A DNA stretch of 39,976 bases from Octopus bimaculoides. Its lineage: Eukaryota. The notes under the pieces are model-generated. The model was not told where the DNA came from. It searched no databases and saw nothing but the letters and a program-made list of their open reading frames with translations. The stretch is taken from contig NC_069000.1 of NCBI RefSeq assembly GCF_001194135.2, forward strand, positions 23,821,855 to 23,861,830, given 5' to 3'. This document shows, in pieces, positions 11,660-24,928 of this stretch. The position numbers and the translations under genes were made by a program. Each line of letters opens with the position of its first letter. Position 1 is the first letter of the stretch.

Positions 11660-13035
11660 ACCTGTCAGGTGAAAAAACTTCAAAGTCACCACTATCAATG
11701 TTAACATGCTGAAAAGAAGGTCTGGAGAAATTGTAGAGATTTTAGAACAGAGACAAGATGTGTGTTGTGCTCGAGAGGAATACTTTAGCCAGATTCCACA
11801 TGTGCATACATAACAGTGAAGGAGTTGATAGACAAGTTGTTGAAACTGACAGCTATCTGGTTGAATTGGCCATGAAATATATGAAGGTAGGAGAATCAGC
11901 AAGACCATTAGGTATAGTTGTTGAGACATTAATATTTGGCAAAATAGGACACTTTCTAGTCCCGTACACAGTCAAACAGGTAATACAGGATTAGGTAGTT
12001 CTCAATGACTAGCTTAGCAGTATCATCACAAACAGAGGAGATGCTTTAGAAAAAAGAAACTACTGGGATATCAAAACAATGAACTAACATATGAAAGTGA
12101 CAGAAGGTGCCACAGCCCAATTAATTAGGAAGAAAATGAACTTATGTGAAATGCAGTTTGGGTTTGCATTAGGGCAGGGTACTTCTGATACCTTCTTTCT
12201 AGTGAGATTACTCCAGAACTAAGAATAAGCTGCTATTCCAGGTACTTGTTGACATCAGGAGGATCTTTAACAGAGTGCTATGCTCTGTAGTCTGGTAGCC
12301 ACTAAGAAACTAAGTGTAGATCAATGGCTTGTGAAATATGTGCAAACTATATACAGAGATGCTGTACATGAGAGCTAGCAATGAGTCCCATGAGGAATTT
12401 AGTGTGCAGTTAGGTGTCCATTGAGACTCAGATTCTCATTCCTCAGTTCTCCGGTTTATTATAATTTTCCATGCTATTACAGAAATTTTAGACTGGCTTT
12501 CCAGGAAATTTCTACCTGCTAATGATATCATTCTCAAAACTGAATATATCAATGAATAAGTGAAGAAATTTCAATGTGGAAGCAAAACCTAGACTCAATA
12601 GCTCTTAAAGTAAACTCGGTGAAGGCAAAAGTTTTTATGGACAAGAAAGAAAACAAAACACTACCGTTATCTGGGAAGTGGTCATGCTCAATATGAGAAA
12701 AATGAGTCAATAGAAATGCCATACTAGAACCCAACATAAACTTGTATGGAGTATGATATCTGGGTAAAGATTTTCTAAGTAATCCAAGAGAAGGATGAAG
12801 TGAGTATCCAGCCTCAGTGAATGGGTGGATTTGTGAGATATAATCTGCTTGATATTGGCAGCCCAGCTGTAAGTGTGTGTAGGTGTGTGTGTGTGTACAG
12901 GGTGTTTGGGCTAAATTTGACAATTTTTTTTGTTCCCTTTTTTTAGGAACAGTTTGATGTATTGGCGAACAGTCAACAGCATTGGATAGCATAAAGATTT
13001 AAGTTATAGTTGAGAAAAAGTTTGTTATTATGGAA
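11660..13035 (+). mobile_element. Degenerate RTE-clade LINE (AP-endonuclease N-terminus plus RT fragments)
   Basis: Broken frames give KVTTINVNMLKRRSGEIVEILE..DVCC (APE start), EMQFGFALGQGTSDTFFLVRLLQ, LRKLSVDQWLVKYVQTIY and LKVNSVKAKV. Many stops and deletions. Confidence 0.8.
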
Positions 13036-13054
13036 GACTGAAAACTATGAATAT

Positions 13055-13200
13055 TCTTTTCTACTCTAGGCACAAGGCCCGAAATTTTTGGGGTGGGGGC
13101 CAGTTGATTAGATCGACCCAGTATGCAACTGGTACTCAATTTATTGACCCTGAGAAGATGAAAGGCAAAGTTGACCATAGCGGAATTTGAACCTCAGGAC
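13055..13200 (-). mobile_element. Family B SINE fragment
   Basis: ..gatgaaaggcaaagttgaccatagcggaatttgaac is the reverse complement of the family B head. Confidence 0.8.
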
Positions 13201-13219
13201 TTATATATATAAATTTTTT

Positions 13220-13490
13220 AAGCCTAGTACTTATTCTATGTCTCTTTTGCTGAACTGCTAATTTACGGGGCCATAAACATACCAACATCAGTTGTTAAGC
13301 GGTAATGGGGAGACAAATACACACATATGTATATATGTACAACAGGCTTCTTTCAGTTTTCGTCTACCAGATCCACTCACAAGGCTTTAGTTGGCCTGAG
13401 GCTAGAGTAGAAGGTACTTGCCCAAGACACCATGCAGTGGGACTGAACCCAGAACCATGTGGTTGGGAAGCAAGCTTCTTACCACACAGT
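13220..13490 (-). mobile_element. Family A SINE
   Basis: ..gaaccatgtggttgggaagcaagcttcttaccacacag is the reverse complement of the family A head. Confidence 0.88.
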
Positions 13491-13869
13491 TACGCTCTTA
13501 CAAATTGTTTGTACTATCTTGTACCATCTTCAATGCAAGACAATTGACTATCACCAGTCAATTGTATCACAAACTGGCATCAAACCAACACAGTATGCAT
13601 CCATTATTTAGATAATAGAGAAGTATGGCATGTATCTTAAAGCAATATATTCTAACAAAACCATATATATGCTTAAATATACATGCTTACTTATATGTAG
13701 TATATTTACAAATGATATTATAGAATTAAAACTTTAAGTAAATTTTAAAAATTACAAAAATTATAAAGTGCATCAAGAAGGGAAGATAAGGCCAAAACAA
13801 CATTTTTGGCAATTAAAAAGGTAGGGATTGATTATGCAATTTCTTAATCTATTTGTAAGATATGCTATG

Positions 13870-15580
13870 CCATACTTGGGCAGTTGAAGGAGTTGTTCTC
13901 TTGTGTTGCATGGATGTACCTGTTATGTGAAACACTTTAAAATTATAATGATGCCATGAAACCAACAAAGAGGAAGGACTACCTTTAAAGGGTTCATTCT
14001 GGTAAAAAAAAAAAGATCTTAGAATTTTTTAGGGCATTGAAAGACTATAAAACAGCCAAATTTAACATTTTCAAAATATTCACCAGTGGTAATTATGACA
14101 GAGGACTGAAGGCATCATACATGATGTCATAGATATAGGCATCATACACCACAGCATAGAAAGGAAAATCAGATAACAGGTGAGGATATTATTATATCCG
14201 TTATTAGAGATGTAATTGAAACTATTATGAAGGAAGACTCTCAGCCTATTTTAAAATACATACCTTTAAGTGCAACAACTGAGTTGACACATAGAAAAGA
14301 TGGACATTTATATGGAAAAAAACTTTGGTATCAGAGCTTCAGTATTACAAGTTTTCTATCCAACTCCATGATCTAACATTCAGAAAATCACATATTCTCA
14401 CAGCCTGTGTGATGCATAACAGCCAAATCTTAAGTATATTGTTGATGAATCTTTGTTTGCTGATTACCTTAAAGTTGATGCAAAACAGGAGACATTTTTG
14501 CAATACTGAGAAGATTATTTGCAAAGATTTAATATTTCTCTTGATAATAATAATGTAGTGCTTTCAGACAGTGCACCAGTAAATGGTTAGTTGTAAGAGA
14601 GGATTTGCATCCTTGCTCAAGACAAAAAGGTTAATGATGTGTGTGCTGTCCACTGTACAAGAGACAGAAATTATCTCATAGCTAAGAATGTAAGTGGAGA
14701 AATACCTGCTGTCTTAAATGCATTGGATCAGTGAAGAAAATAAAACCACACCCTCAGAAATCACAATTATTTTCAATGTTGAGTGAAAAAAACAAAAATA
14801 AATGAAACCTTCAATCAGTTTGTTGTGCACACTGAAGTAAGGCAGGTTTGAAAAGATGATCCCTTGCAGAGAATTGTTAGCTTATATGACACTACTGTTG
14901 AGTTTCTTGTGGATGTAGATTATTCTCTAGATGATGAATTAAAATTAGTGTAAAAGAAAATCATCTTTTCTATTTGGCAAATATATATTCAAATTCAACA
15001 AAATATGGGAATACTTACAAGGCAAAGATGTTACAATTATTCAGGCTCAAATAACTAATTTATTTCCAAGCTAAAATACTTATTTAAATCTTTATTGGCA
15101 TGCAGAGAATAAAGTTATTTTCCAAATTTATAGCAGTTGGAAGATGGAAGAAAGGATAAAATTTCGAAAGTGACCATGAAAATTACAAGATTTTAAAGTA
15201 CATTTCGAGGATCTGGAGAAACTGCACGCCTAACTGGATTGTTTTGCCATTTGACATTTGACTTGGAAATAAAAAAAAAATGTAGGCATTGAGTTGCACT
15301 GAATGTGCACATAGATATGCTTAAATATTTATTTAAAACAAAAATTTGAGTGATTATTGGAACAATATAAATACCCAAAGCTTAGTGCAGCAGTTGAACC
15401 CATTTTATTGACATTTCCAAATTCATATATGGTTGAAGCGGGTTTGATTCATGCAAATTCACTCTTAATGAAAGAGAAACAGAATGAATCTGGAAGAATG
15501 TAGTAATCTAAGGCTAAAAGTCATTAATTTCCAGTCAAATATTGATGTAATAACTAGTATTCACCAAACACATATTTCAA
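13870..15580 (+). mobile_element. Fossil hAT (Buster/Charlie-type) transposase
   Basis: Broken frames give NDAMKPTK (cf. N.AMKPSKL..HL), KFSIQLHDLTF (cf. FSIQLDEST), VVHTEVRQV*K (cf. LLHTEVRWLSKG), VEPILLTFPNSYMVEAGL (cf. FPSSYLVE.GFS) and RMNLEECSNLRLK (cf. RL.I..RGDLRL). Boundaries are approximate. Confidence 0.8.
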
Positions 15581-15829
15581 CTATATCAATATAAAATGAC
15601 TGAATTTTTATTGTTCTTTATAAATTTTAAGTATTTTCATTAAATTTCTTTAAATATTTATTATAAAGCAGTAACAACACAAAAGAAAGAAGGAATTGTT
15701 TTTAAATCAAGAAATTCTTTACCCATTATACTTTTTAATTTTATTTTAGAAATTTACAAAATGAGAGCTGATAAAGTTATCAATATCAATGATTCCATGA
15801 AGGGATCAATGATATAAGAAGTTTAACAA

Positions 15830-16290
15830 CCTCTCACACACATGATGGTTGCAACTATATTTTGAATATATATTTTTTCAAGTATGACTGGCATGGATGT
15901 GGTTTTTTTCATTTCTACTTGGGACTTACACTCTTTTGTACAGATGTGACAATACTGGATACCTCTTACAGTAGATGTTACAATATTGTTTTGGTGGACC
16001 TTCATATGTTACAGGGCCATAAACATACCAACACCAAAGATGGACTTCAATCCATCTTTTGACATCTTTTCCAAACGCTCTGCTAGTACAGATGCTGTAT
16101 AATACATAGTAAACAATTTCCTTGTGTGTGTGGCTTCTCTGATGACTTCCAAGGCCTCTCATACTTAGACACAGAATCCACACTTGTTGCATGTTAAACT
16201 GGATTGTATACCAACATACTCAACCAAATTCACATCAAAACCCTTGCTAATATCTCTCTTTTAGCAGTTCATGCTTGATATGATTTTGTC
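15830..16290 (-). mobile_element. Degenerate RTE LINE, 3-prime RT region
   Basis: Minus-strand remnants resemble the VG.NSI.C..C segment and the C-terminal region of the other RTE copies. Confidence 0.5.
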
Positions 16291-17032
16291 CCTGTAGGGA
16301 TGAGGTAATCCAGGAGGAAAGGGTCAGTGACGTCAATGGCTGAAGGGCCCTACCAGAAGAGGCAGAGTGAGGTCAAGTGGGCATAAGTAGGCCTCTTTGA
16401 CCTCAGGCAATGGGAGCGAAGGGATGCGTGTAGATGTGAGTGAGAAAGAAAATTTGCTGTGAGTTCTAGCAATAGGTTAGATGGATAGGGCGCCTCTTGA
16501 ATTTAACACAGTTGGACAGTCAGCACTGAGAGGTAGGTGAATCACACTTTGTTCCTGATTTTTATAGTTCTTCATATTACATTCCCACCTTCTCTCATGC
16601 ACTGCTTTCCTTTACAATGAAGAATCAAGAACAAGATTTTCACATCTATTTTCTAAGAATTTAACCACTAGTGTATTTTTGATTTAACACTTATAATTTA
16701 ATTTCAATTTGTGTGCTTGACTTTTACTCTGGGCTATCTCCCCATACAGAAATTGCTTAGGGATTCAATCATCTTTTACCCTGACCACATGACCACTCCA
16801 TCAAATAATCAGTGCAGAGATACTGGTAGACTGTCGGTGATCAAGGACTTCAACATCACTTATATGCATTTACCACTGGATACCCAGTATACAGTAGAGA
16901 CATTGTTGGTGAAATTGCTTCAGCTTTTTCATATTCTCCATTAAGTAACTCAGGTCTCACATGTATATAGCAACATAGACAAAACAAATAATGTCAGCCT
17001 TCAACTTTGTTTCAGTATATAGATCCATATAT

Positions 17033-17385
17033 AGGCACAAGTGTGGCTATGTGGTAAGAAGCTTGCTTTGCAACCACATGGTCCTGGGTTCAATTTCACT
17101 GTGTGGCAGCTTAGGCGGACTTAAAGCCTTGAGTGGATTTGGTAAATGGAAACTGAAAGAAGTTCACCATGTATATGTGTGTGTTTGTGTCTGTCCCCAC
17201 TACTGTTTGACAACAGTGTTGGTGCGTTTAAGTCCCCATAACTTGGAAGTTCATGAAAGAGAGCTGATAGAATAAGTACCAGGCTTAAAAAAAATATAAG
17301 TACTGGAGTCAATTTATTCAACTAAAAATTCTTCAAGTTGATGTCCGAGCATGGCCACAGTCTAACGACTGAAACGAGAAAAAGT
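17033..17385 (+). mobile_element. Family A SINE (near full length)
   Basis: gtggctatgtggtaagaagcttgctttgcaaccacatggtcc.. through the tail ..gactgaaacgag. Confidence 0.88.
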
Positions 17386-17799
17386 ATATACATATGTAAG
17401 TGTAGTGTTAAATATCTTTTGAATACCTTAGCACAATGTCACTGTCAAGATATGAACTGACATGTAACAAATTCAACCATTTTTCTTTATAATGTTGATA
17501 ATAAGAATGATGCAGTTGTTCTTCAGCTCCAGATCAGCTCTGTATGAGCAGGCGTATGAATGATATTCTACCCATAATTATATGATCATCTTATATATCA
17601 GAGAACACATTGTACTTCAAATATGTTAATATACTTGAGTTTGGTTTGGCTGCTATTTCTTACAAGTTTAGCAACCTCATTGATTTGTTGATGTCCAGGT
17701 AGATTGTTTTTATGTGAAACAACAAAGGAATAAAACAATAACAAAAAACCCAAACAAATATATACACATACATATATATATCAGAAAATATGTTTCGTA

Positions 17800-19907
17800 T
17801 TTATTTCAATACTTTTTTTTTTTTACAAAGATTTACATTTCTCAGTTTAAACAGAATAAAAAAAATGTCATTACATGAGAGAGATTTGAAAATATATTAT
17901 TAGAATAAAAAAAATATATATATGTATCTTTAAATTATATTCAATTTTTGAATGTTTGCATACATGAATGTATGCAAACATGCATATAACTTTGCGTGCA
18001 TTTAAAATATAACAAATTATTCTATGATTAAATAGATATAACTGAATATTCTCTAACAGTTAAGTTGATTTCTGAAACATAGGGACATTTGGAATTATTA
18101 TTTGATAATAACAATTTATTGGAGAACATTTCTTGTATGTAGCCATGTGAAAATTCTAGATTTCTTAAAAACACACACACACACACAAATTCACAAATAT
18201 ACACAAACAAATGTATATACCTTAACTCATTCACAATGTGTATGTGTGTGGATGCATACATACACACGTATATATATTGTTTGTGTATGGGGAAAGAGGT
18301 AGAAATAAAGGCACAGTTAAAAAGAGTTTCAAAATTGAAATCTCATCGACCAGTTCTCCCCATGGATATTTTAACTTCAAAAAATTAGATAGTTTTTGAT
18401 GTAATGAAGTTCTGTTTGAGACTTTTTACTTATAATTAAAATTTCTTGGTTCATTACATTAATTATGTTAGCACCGACTTCACTAAGCTAATGTACTTCC
18501 ATTAATAATATAGGTTATTGCCAAATAAAACCAATTACCCACAGACATTTTCTTTAAGATCATCTTGCATTTAAAAAACTTTTAATACATCTTAAATAAT
18601 AAAACCACTCACCGCTTTTAGCCTTAATTTTGTAGAAAAATATTGGCTATGAGTAAAACTATACAGATCCAAGTATCTAGAGCCATTCATATGTATATTA
18701 TATGTGTGTGTGTGTCATCTAAGAGTCCATCACCATATTTCATTCCATAACAGTTACCTCTGATGAGTGCAGGGTTAGATAATTGGATTGCTTGAACCTA
18801 ACTTTCTTCCTACACCTCAATCCCTGGATCTTATATATATATATATATATACATACATGTAAACAGACATTTTGTATAAACATCAGGGTTTATAAAACAA
18901 AAGCTGAAAATATCAAAAGATTTTACTAATATCATCATCATCAAGAAATATATAAAAGTCAAAATACGGAAAGTGAAAGAAAAATCTGCTTTTAATACAA
19001 GATTATCTAAAACTGTTTATCCCATTTCCAACACTTCTGTGTGTTAGAGTCGGTTGAAGGTAAAATTTCAAACTTGTAGCTAAAGTTCTGAAACTTATCA
19101 GTATACGTTTGTAATTACAATTGCCACAAGCATATATTACACTCCACACACTTCTACTATCACAGTATGTCAAAACAATCTTGCATTTGTATCAAATAAA
19201 ATAGTGAATGTGTATGCGTGTGGATGCTTTCTAAATTATACTTTCCATATAGTATCATACTGAAAGTGACACAAATCATTTACCAGAGACAAGTATTTTA
19301 GGTACATTAAAAAAGAGTAAAATAAAATGAATAATGATGTTTAAATCAGGGAAAACTAAGAAAAACAAAAGAATGAAGAGAACACTGTATATAAAAAATA
19401 TGGATACTGATTGTTGAAATGTAATGAATTAAATGTTGAATGAAGGCAAATTACCGTAGTTTTGATTTTGAAACTACAGATACAATAAAAAAAAAGTATA
19501 TAATTGATATGCTGGCGGAGTTGATATGGTACAAAACATAAAACTAAAGATGACAGTGTGTTCAAGCTTTGCTGCTAAGAGCAGTGTATTTTAACAAAGG
19601 TAAAGGACATTTCTTTGGTTAATGTCAACTTAGTTGTCAAAAAAGTGACACACTGACTGAGTCACATACTTTCCACCAACAATTCAACCATGTCTTTTTA
19701 TGTTGTACCATCTGGTATACAAGGGTATAAGGAAAAAAATGGATATCAAAATGGGTAAAAATGTAAGAATAATTCATACAATTGAATATAAAATGTACAA
19801 AAATTGAGAGAGGAAAAAACAGTTTCCTAAATCTGAATTTGAAAGGAAGTAAAAAAACTAGCTCTGAATTTATATAAGTATACAAGTAATTATGACAAAT
19901 TATAAAT

Positions 19908-19962
<55 letters not shown>

Positions 19963-20026
19963 CAGTAAGTCTTGGGTGTTTTGTTGCTCAATATATCTTT
20001 GGGGTTCCTTACAACAGCACCTACCC
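17800..20026 (-). other. Probable long AT-rich 3-prime UTR of the ATPase beta gene
   Basis: Follows the stop at 20027. No recognisable SINE or LINE for about 2.2 kb. AATAAA on - (tttatt on +) at about 18115 and 17800. The 3-prime end is inferred only. Confidence 0.4.
19916..19959. repeat. (AT)n microsatellite
   Basis: Direct read. Confidence 0.95.
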
Positions 20027-20524
20027 TTAATCAATAAGTAATTCAAAATGTATTGTTCCAATTTTCTGTAACCTATTGTGTATAATGTTTTTGGCCCAAG
20101 CTTTACATTCAATCATAAGAAGAATTCCAGTTTTGGGATTCTCAAACTGTACAAAGACCAGAGGAGAACGGTACCCTTGTTGGTTAAGATATGGATAGTA
20201 CTTGAAATGAAAACCTTCATTAGGGTAGTATGAAATATCACCAAGATTCTCTTGGTCTGCAGGCAGCTCACCTTGGCAAGTCACCTTTATTGCATACTCT
20301 TTGTAACTGTCTTTGATTTCATCAGGTACCTCAGACAAATTGTAAGGTACAGGCTCCCAGTCAAAAATCTTGTTTAATTTTAGAAGAACACATGGCATTC
20401 CATCATCATATCCATAATTCTGCTGTTTAACACAATTTGCACCCAATGTCTTAATATCAAAACGACAAACTTTTTCTCTTTGCTCTCGTCGAACTATAGC
20501 TTCACAAACAGCAAAATTTTCACC
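20027..20524 (-). CDS. ATP1B: Na+/K+-ATPase beta subunit, coding exon 2 (165 aa, extracellular domain, ends in stop)
   Basis: Acceptor ttttgatttcttttctag|GGT at 20525/20524, phase 0. Translates GENFAVC..VCRFDIKTLGANC..YGYDDGMPCVLLKLNKIFDWEP..VTCQGE..YYPY..YRSPLVFVQF..IECKAWAKNI..GTIHFELLID*. Six conserved Cys, plus the family hallmarks PC..LKLNKI, YYPY and ECKAWAKNI. The symbol is family level only; the paralog is unresolved. Confidence 0.95.
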   Translation of the reverse strand, partial: GENFAVCEAIVRREQREKVCRFDIKTLGANCVKQQNYGYDDGMPCVLLKLNKIFDWEPVPYNLSEVPDEIKDSYKEYAIKVTCQGELPADQENLGDISYYPNEGFHFKYYPYLNQQGYRSPLVFVQFENPKTGILLMIECKAWAKNIIHNRLQKIGTIHFELLID

Positions 20525-21769
20525 CTAGAAAAGAAATCAAAACAAAATCATAATTAAGAAATAAAAGAGTCAATAACAATTTTAAAATGTTATAGTTTAT
20601 TTGGTTTGTTTAAATTTTTAAACACCTATTTTCTTACTTAATTTCAATAAGTTTGATTTCCAAAATTTCAAAAATAATTGAAATCAAGGTGCTTTTAAAT
20701 GAATATTTTTTATTAAACATTTACACCTAAACTTTTATTAACTTGCTTATTTTGAAAATGTAATTTTTATTGATAGTCAATACGAATTTGAGTTACTGTA
20801 AAACTGCATCTACAAAACACAATCAAAGTGAAAATTTCATTAATTAAACTTTTAAGGATTAACTTTTTTGGCATGATGGGTTTCAACAGTTTTTCTTTTG
20901 CAAATGTCTAAAGGGTACTAAATTTTAAAGAGTTTGGGAAAAACCTCTTTAAAATGTCAGAGGCAGTATGTAACTTCTTCAGCTCTGTAGATAGTATGTA
21001 ATAAGAAATTGGAAGTGAAGCCCATAGTTTTTGTAGACTCTTATAGACTGGGGGATTCTGAATGGCTGATAATGTGACTGGAAATTAATGTAAAATGTTG
21101 ATGTCAAGAATAGGAGTAAAAGGAAAGTTTCAGAATTATTCAGTACTAGAATGGACAGGTAAAGTAATGTCTGAAGTGCCTAAGAGTGACAAGGCTGAAT
21201 AGTGAGTACAGGTGGAGATGGATTTAGAGCTGGTAAGTTTTAAGGGACACAGTTATTGAGAGGATGCTGGATCTACAGTTAGTGAATATTTATGAGTAGG
21301 AATTTTATTATCAAAAGAACACATTTCTTTCTTTTTTTTTTTTTAATGTTGACATGTATCTGAGTAATATCTGAGCAGAAATTTATCTTAAGGAATATTT
21401 ATACATGTTAGTAACACTCCCAAATCAAAGTTTGTTTCCTTTTTAATTGAAAGTATGGTAATCTAAGGTACATGTGGCTGCTGTAAAAATTAATGAGAGA
21501 TTGCTAAGTATTACATAGGTAGGAAGTATGATGAGTTCTGCACATTTTTAATGACTTAGATCTCTAGTTAGTGAGTATGCTTTGATATTGTTAACTCTGA
21601 TTCAATTCTTAAGTCTTCAAATTCAATGTTCATGGTCTTCATATTTGCAGCAGAGAATTGTACTTTATGTAAACAGGGTCACTGAAAATTAAACTTTTCA
21701 AAAAGATTAAAGTGTGGCTCCTGTGATGAGATCAGAAATTAAGGGAATTTCTATACTATTGTTGTTGCT

Positions 21770-21965
21770 TAGCTCCATATCAGCCCTGATTGAGCAGACA
21801 TTTAAACAAAGGTAATCCAGCTGTGACTACCTCTATTTTGACAGGCATAGTATATCTAAGGCTATACTACCAACGTGTCCCTCTCTATTTTAAAATGGTG
21901 TGATATAATTTAAGAGGGATATTTGGCTGCTATTTCTAACAAGTCGAATGGCAATATAGAGGCTT
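21770..21965 (+). mobile_element. Short interspersed repeat, family C (gttgttgcttagctcc..gccctgattgagcagac..tttggctgctatttct)
   Basis: Related copies at about 9700-9900, 17510-17690 and 29745-29835 (-). Confidence 0.6.
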
Positions 21966-22964
21966 CCTTGTTGGGTCTATGTGGTTACTTAAACACCCTC
22001 AAAGCCATATCATTATAAGAACAGAAAAACACATTGAATAACCTAGTCCTACAAGCAATTCCCGATAAAAAAAGAAATTAAATATGACGGTCATTACTGA
22101 AACAGCTTTATTTGTAGATTTGCTTGCAACTAAACAACTTTGTGCAAGTATGGCATTATGGTTAAGAAATTCACTTTGTAACTACTAGGTTTTGGGTTTG
22201 GTTCCGTTGCATAGTACTTATGGTCACTGTATTCTACCATAGCCTTGAGTCAACCAAAGCCTTGTGGCTAAAATTTGGTAAACAGAGACTGTGTTAAATC
22301 CCATTAGAGGAAAAGTTCCTGCTCTTAGGTTCAATTTAGTTTAACACCACCTCCTAACACTTGAATACCTTCAGCAGAATCAACTCAGTATTTAGGCCAG
22401 GTATCTAGTCTGAGGATGATTTATTCCTATCTGTAGTGGCAGTTCTAAAAAATGGTTTTGGGCACTACTCTTTCCCTTCTAAGAAATTTCTTATAAAATT
22501 CAAACTAGTCCCAAGTCCATATAAAAAGTACATGCAAAAAAGTTAAAATAATGAACAGAAGAGGATTTCAGCAGTGGAATACTGACTGCAAAGATTTTAA
22601 AAATTTACGAAAAACTGTTTACATAAACAAATATTGCATTTGTGAAAGAATTCAATCATGACATTATAACCACAAACCAAACAACCCCTACCAATGCTAC
22701 CATATTTGTGGTGGTAGATCAGAAAGATTTCACACCTTATATACAAGCACAGTATTGAATCAATAATAGAAATAAAACTCTCAGTTCAAGCATTTGATTC
22801 ATAATCTACTCATCTATTGTCACAGCCACTACTAGTGTCAACATAGCCATTCCAATGAGACAAGCCAATGTGTAAGCCTCACCAAGGCTTCCTGACCTGC
22901 TAGAAATAGTAGCCACATTACTTCATGCCATATTATAAAGAAAACAACATACTGGATAATATGT

Positions 22965-23370
22965 ATGCCTGATGTGATTGTGGGGTTAAGAAGTTTGCTT
23001 CCCAACCACATAGTTTGGGGTTCAGTCCCAGTGTGGCACTCTGGTCAAGTATCTTCTACTATACCCCCAGGCTGACTTTAGCCTTGTGAGTGGATTTGGT
23101 AGACAGAAACTGAAAGAAAGCCCATCATATACATGTATGCATGTGCGTGTTTGTATCTCCTTCACTTGACATAGTGTGATTGTTGTAAATGAATGTCATT
23201 TACATCCAGTATTCTGTGAAAACATATCTGGCTATGGGGAAATATTACCTTATTAGGATACAGGTAAGGGTTGGCGACAGGATGGACATCCAGCTGCAGA
23301 AAATCTGCCTCAGTAAACTCCACATGATCCATGCAGGCATGGAAAAGTGGACATGAGAGTGATGATGATA

Positions 23371-23372
<2 letters not shown>
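22965..23372 (+). mobile_element. Family A head SINE with a (GAT)n-tailed 3-prime part
   Basis: Family A head followed by gggttggcgacagga..catccagctgcagaaaatctgcc..ccatgcaggcatggaaaagtggac..gatgatgat. Confidence 0.8.
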
Positions 23373-23405
<33 letters not shown>

Positions 23406-23419
23406 TATATATACATATA

Positions 23420-23695
23420 TCATCATCATCATCATCATCGTTTAACGTCCGCTTTCCATGCTAGCATGGGTTGGACGATTTGACTGAGGACTGGTGCAAC
23501 CGGATGGCTACACCAGGCCCCAATCTAATTTGGCAGAGTTTCTACAGCTGGATGCCCTTCCTAATGCCAACCACTCAGAGAGTGTAGTGGGTGCTTTTAC
23601 GTGTCACCCGCACGAAAACGGCCACGCTCGAAATGGTGTCTTTTATGTGCCACCCGCACAAGAGCCAGTCCAGGGGCACTGGCAACGATCTTGCT
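23420..23695 (-). mobile_element. Young CpG-rich SINE (or LINE 3-prime end) with (GAT)n tail, tail-to-tail with the 22965 copy
   Basis: catcatcatcgtttaacgtccgctttccatgctagcatggg.. is the reverse complement of the 22965 copy tail. It retains many CpGs. Confidence 0.8.
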
Positions 23696-24384
23696 TATAT
23701 ACATATATATATATATAGACACATACACATAAAAAGACAAATCAAATGAGGCTGGAATGTCTTACAGTGGTGGGCCAGAAAGATTCTGTACTCTGCATGC
23801 ACAGAGCTGAGTCAATAACGAGAATAAAACACTCAGTTTAGTATCTGATTCATAATCCACTCATCACAACCACCACCAACATCAAAGTTCTATTTAATCA
23901 AGGTTGAACTGAGGTTAAGCAATAGCAAAAAGATCATAACTACTGCCTTAGTTGATATCACGGTTATTTAACCAAAACCTCTTTGAAACACTCACTAATA
24001 TCAAAATCCACCTTGTTGCTGACAACTCCTAAGGAACCAAAGCTATCATGTCTGCTTACTAGACTTTATAATGTCCATCATCTGGCCATCTGTCATCATT
24101 GATTTGATATCTTGAGTGAAGTTGTGTTGCAAATTAGATTTGTTTTACAATTGTATGAAATCTAGAGGATTCTCTCAATTTCTAAATGATGAGCTTGTGA
24201 AGCATGAATGAGATATATTCTTATGCATGAAGGTTTTTAATATTTTTAATCATTTCATTAGAATAAAATGTTCTAATTGGTTCACCTTACTTTGTATTAC
24301 AGTATTCATGAATTATATATGATGTACACACTTTTAACTTATTGGGTAATTGAAGTTCCAGTATTTCATCATTTTAACCCGTAA

Positions 24385-24810
24385 TCTATATATATAAAAA
24401 TGAGAATGTGTGTCTGTCTGTCTGTGTGTGTGTGTGTGTGTGTGAATCCCTAAAACTCGAGAACTACGCAACCAATTTCATTCAAATTTTACAGATGCCT
24501 TACTTAGGGTTCCAGTTGTGTTTTTAGTCAAAAAAATTTTTTTACTTCTTGCAGAGTTCGAGCCCACGGCAACATATCTCCTCCACTCATTGCAGAAATC
24601 ACAATGTAAGTATATCTGAAAGGGTAGTCTTACACTGTTGTACCGTTGAATTACAAATAATGCTCATCTGTTATGTTCGGGTTAAAATGTCATCAACATC
24701 AAAAATATATGAATTTTCATGGGAGTTATGGCCGTTATGCAAAGAATATAATTTCCAAATTTCATAAAGATCCATTCAGTACTTTTGACGTAGTTTTGGA
24801 TAAGAAAACA
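24385..24810 (+). mobile_element. Helitron-like non-autonomous element (5-prime TC end, internal (CTGT)n/(GT)n)
   Basis: a|TCTATATATATAAAAATGAGAATGTGTGTCTGTCTG..aactacgcaaccaatttcattcaaatttt resembles Lep1/HINE-type Helitron 5-prime ends. No clear 3-prime hairpin or CTRR was seen. Confidence 0.6.
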
Positions 24811-24928
24811 AATGACTAATGTGTGTGTTTGTGTGCATGTGTATGTGTGTGTGATGGGTGTATATATGTATAGATATCTGTATGCATGTATATATTTATT
24901 TATTTTTTTATGTGTTTCAGCCAAGTGG

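Noticed and set aside
18760-18800. CTGATGA motifs as possible hammerhead cores (also 32395, 34862 on -, and 37596)
   Set aside because: No properly placed stem II plus GAAA plus NUH in any of them.
20027-20446. ORF-track 139-aa protein beginning MGANC
   Set aside because: The start is an internal TTG (Leu); the true exon starts at the acceptor at 20524 and is spliced to exon 1.
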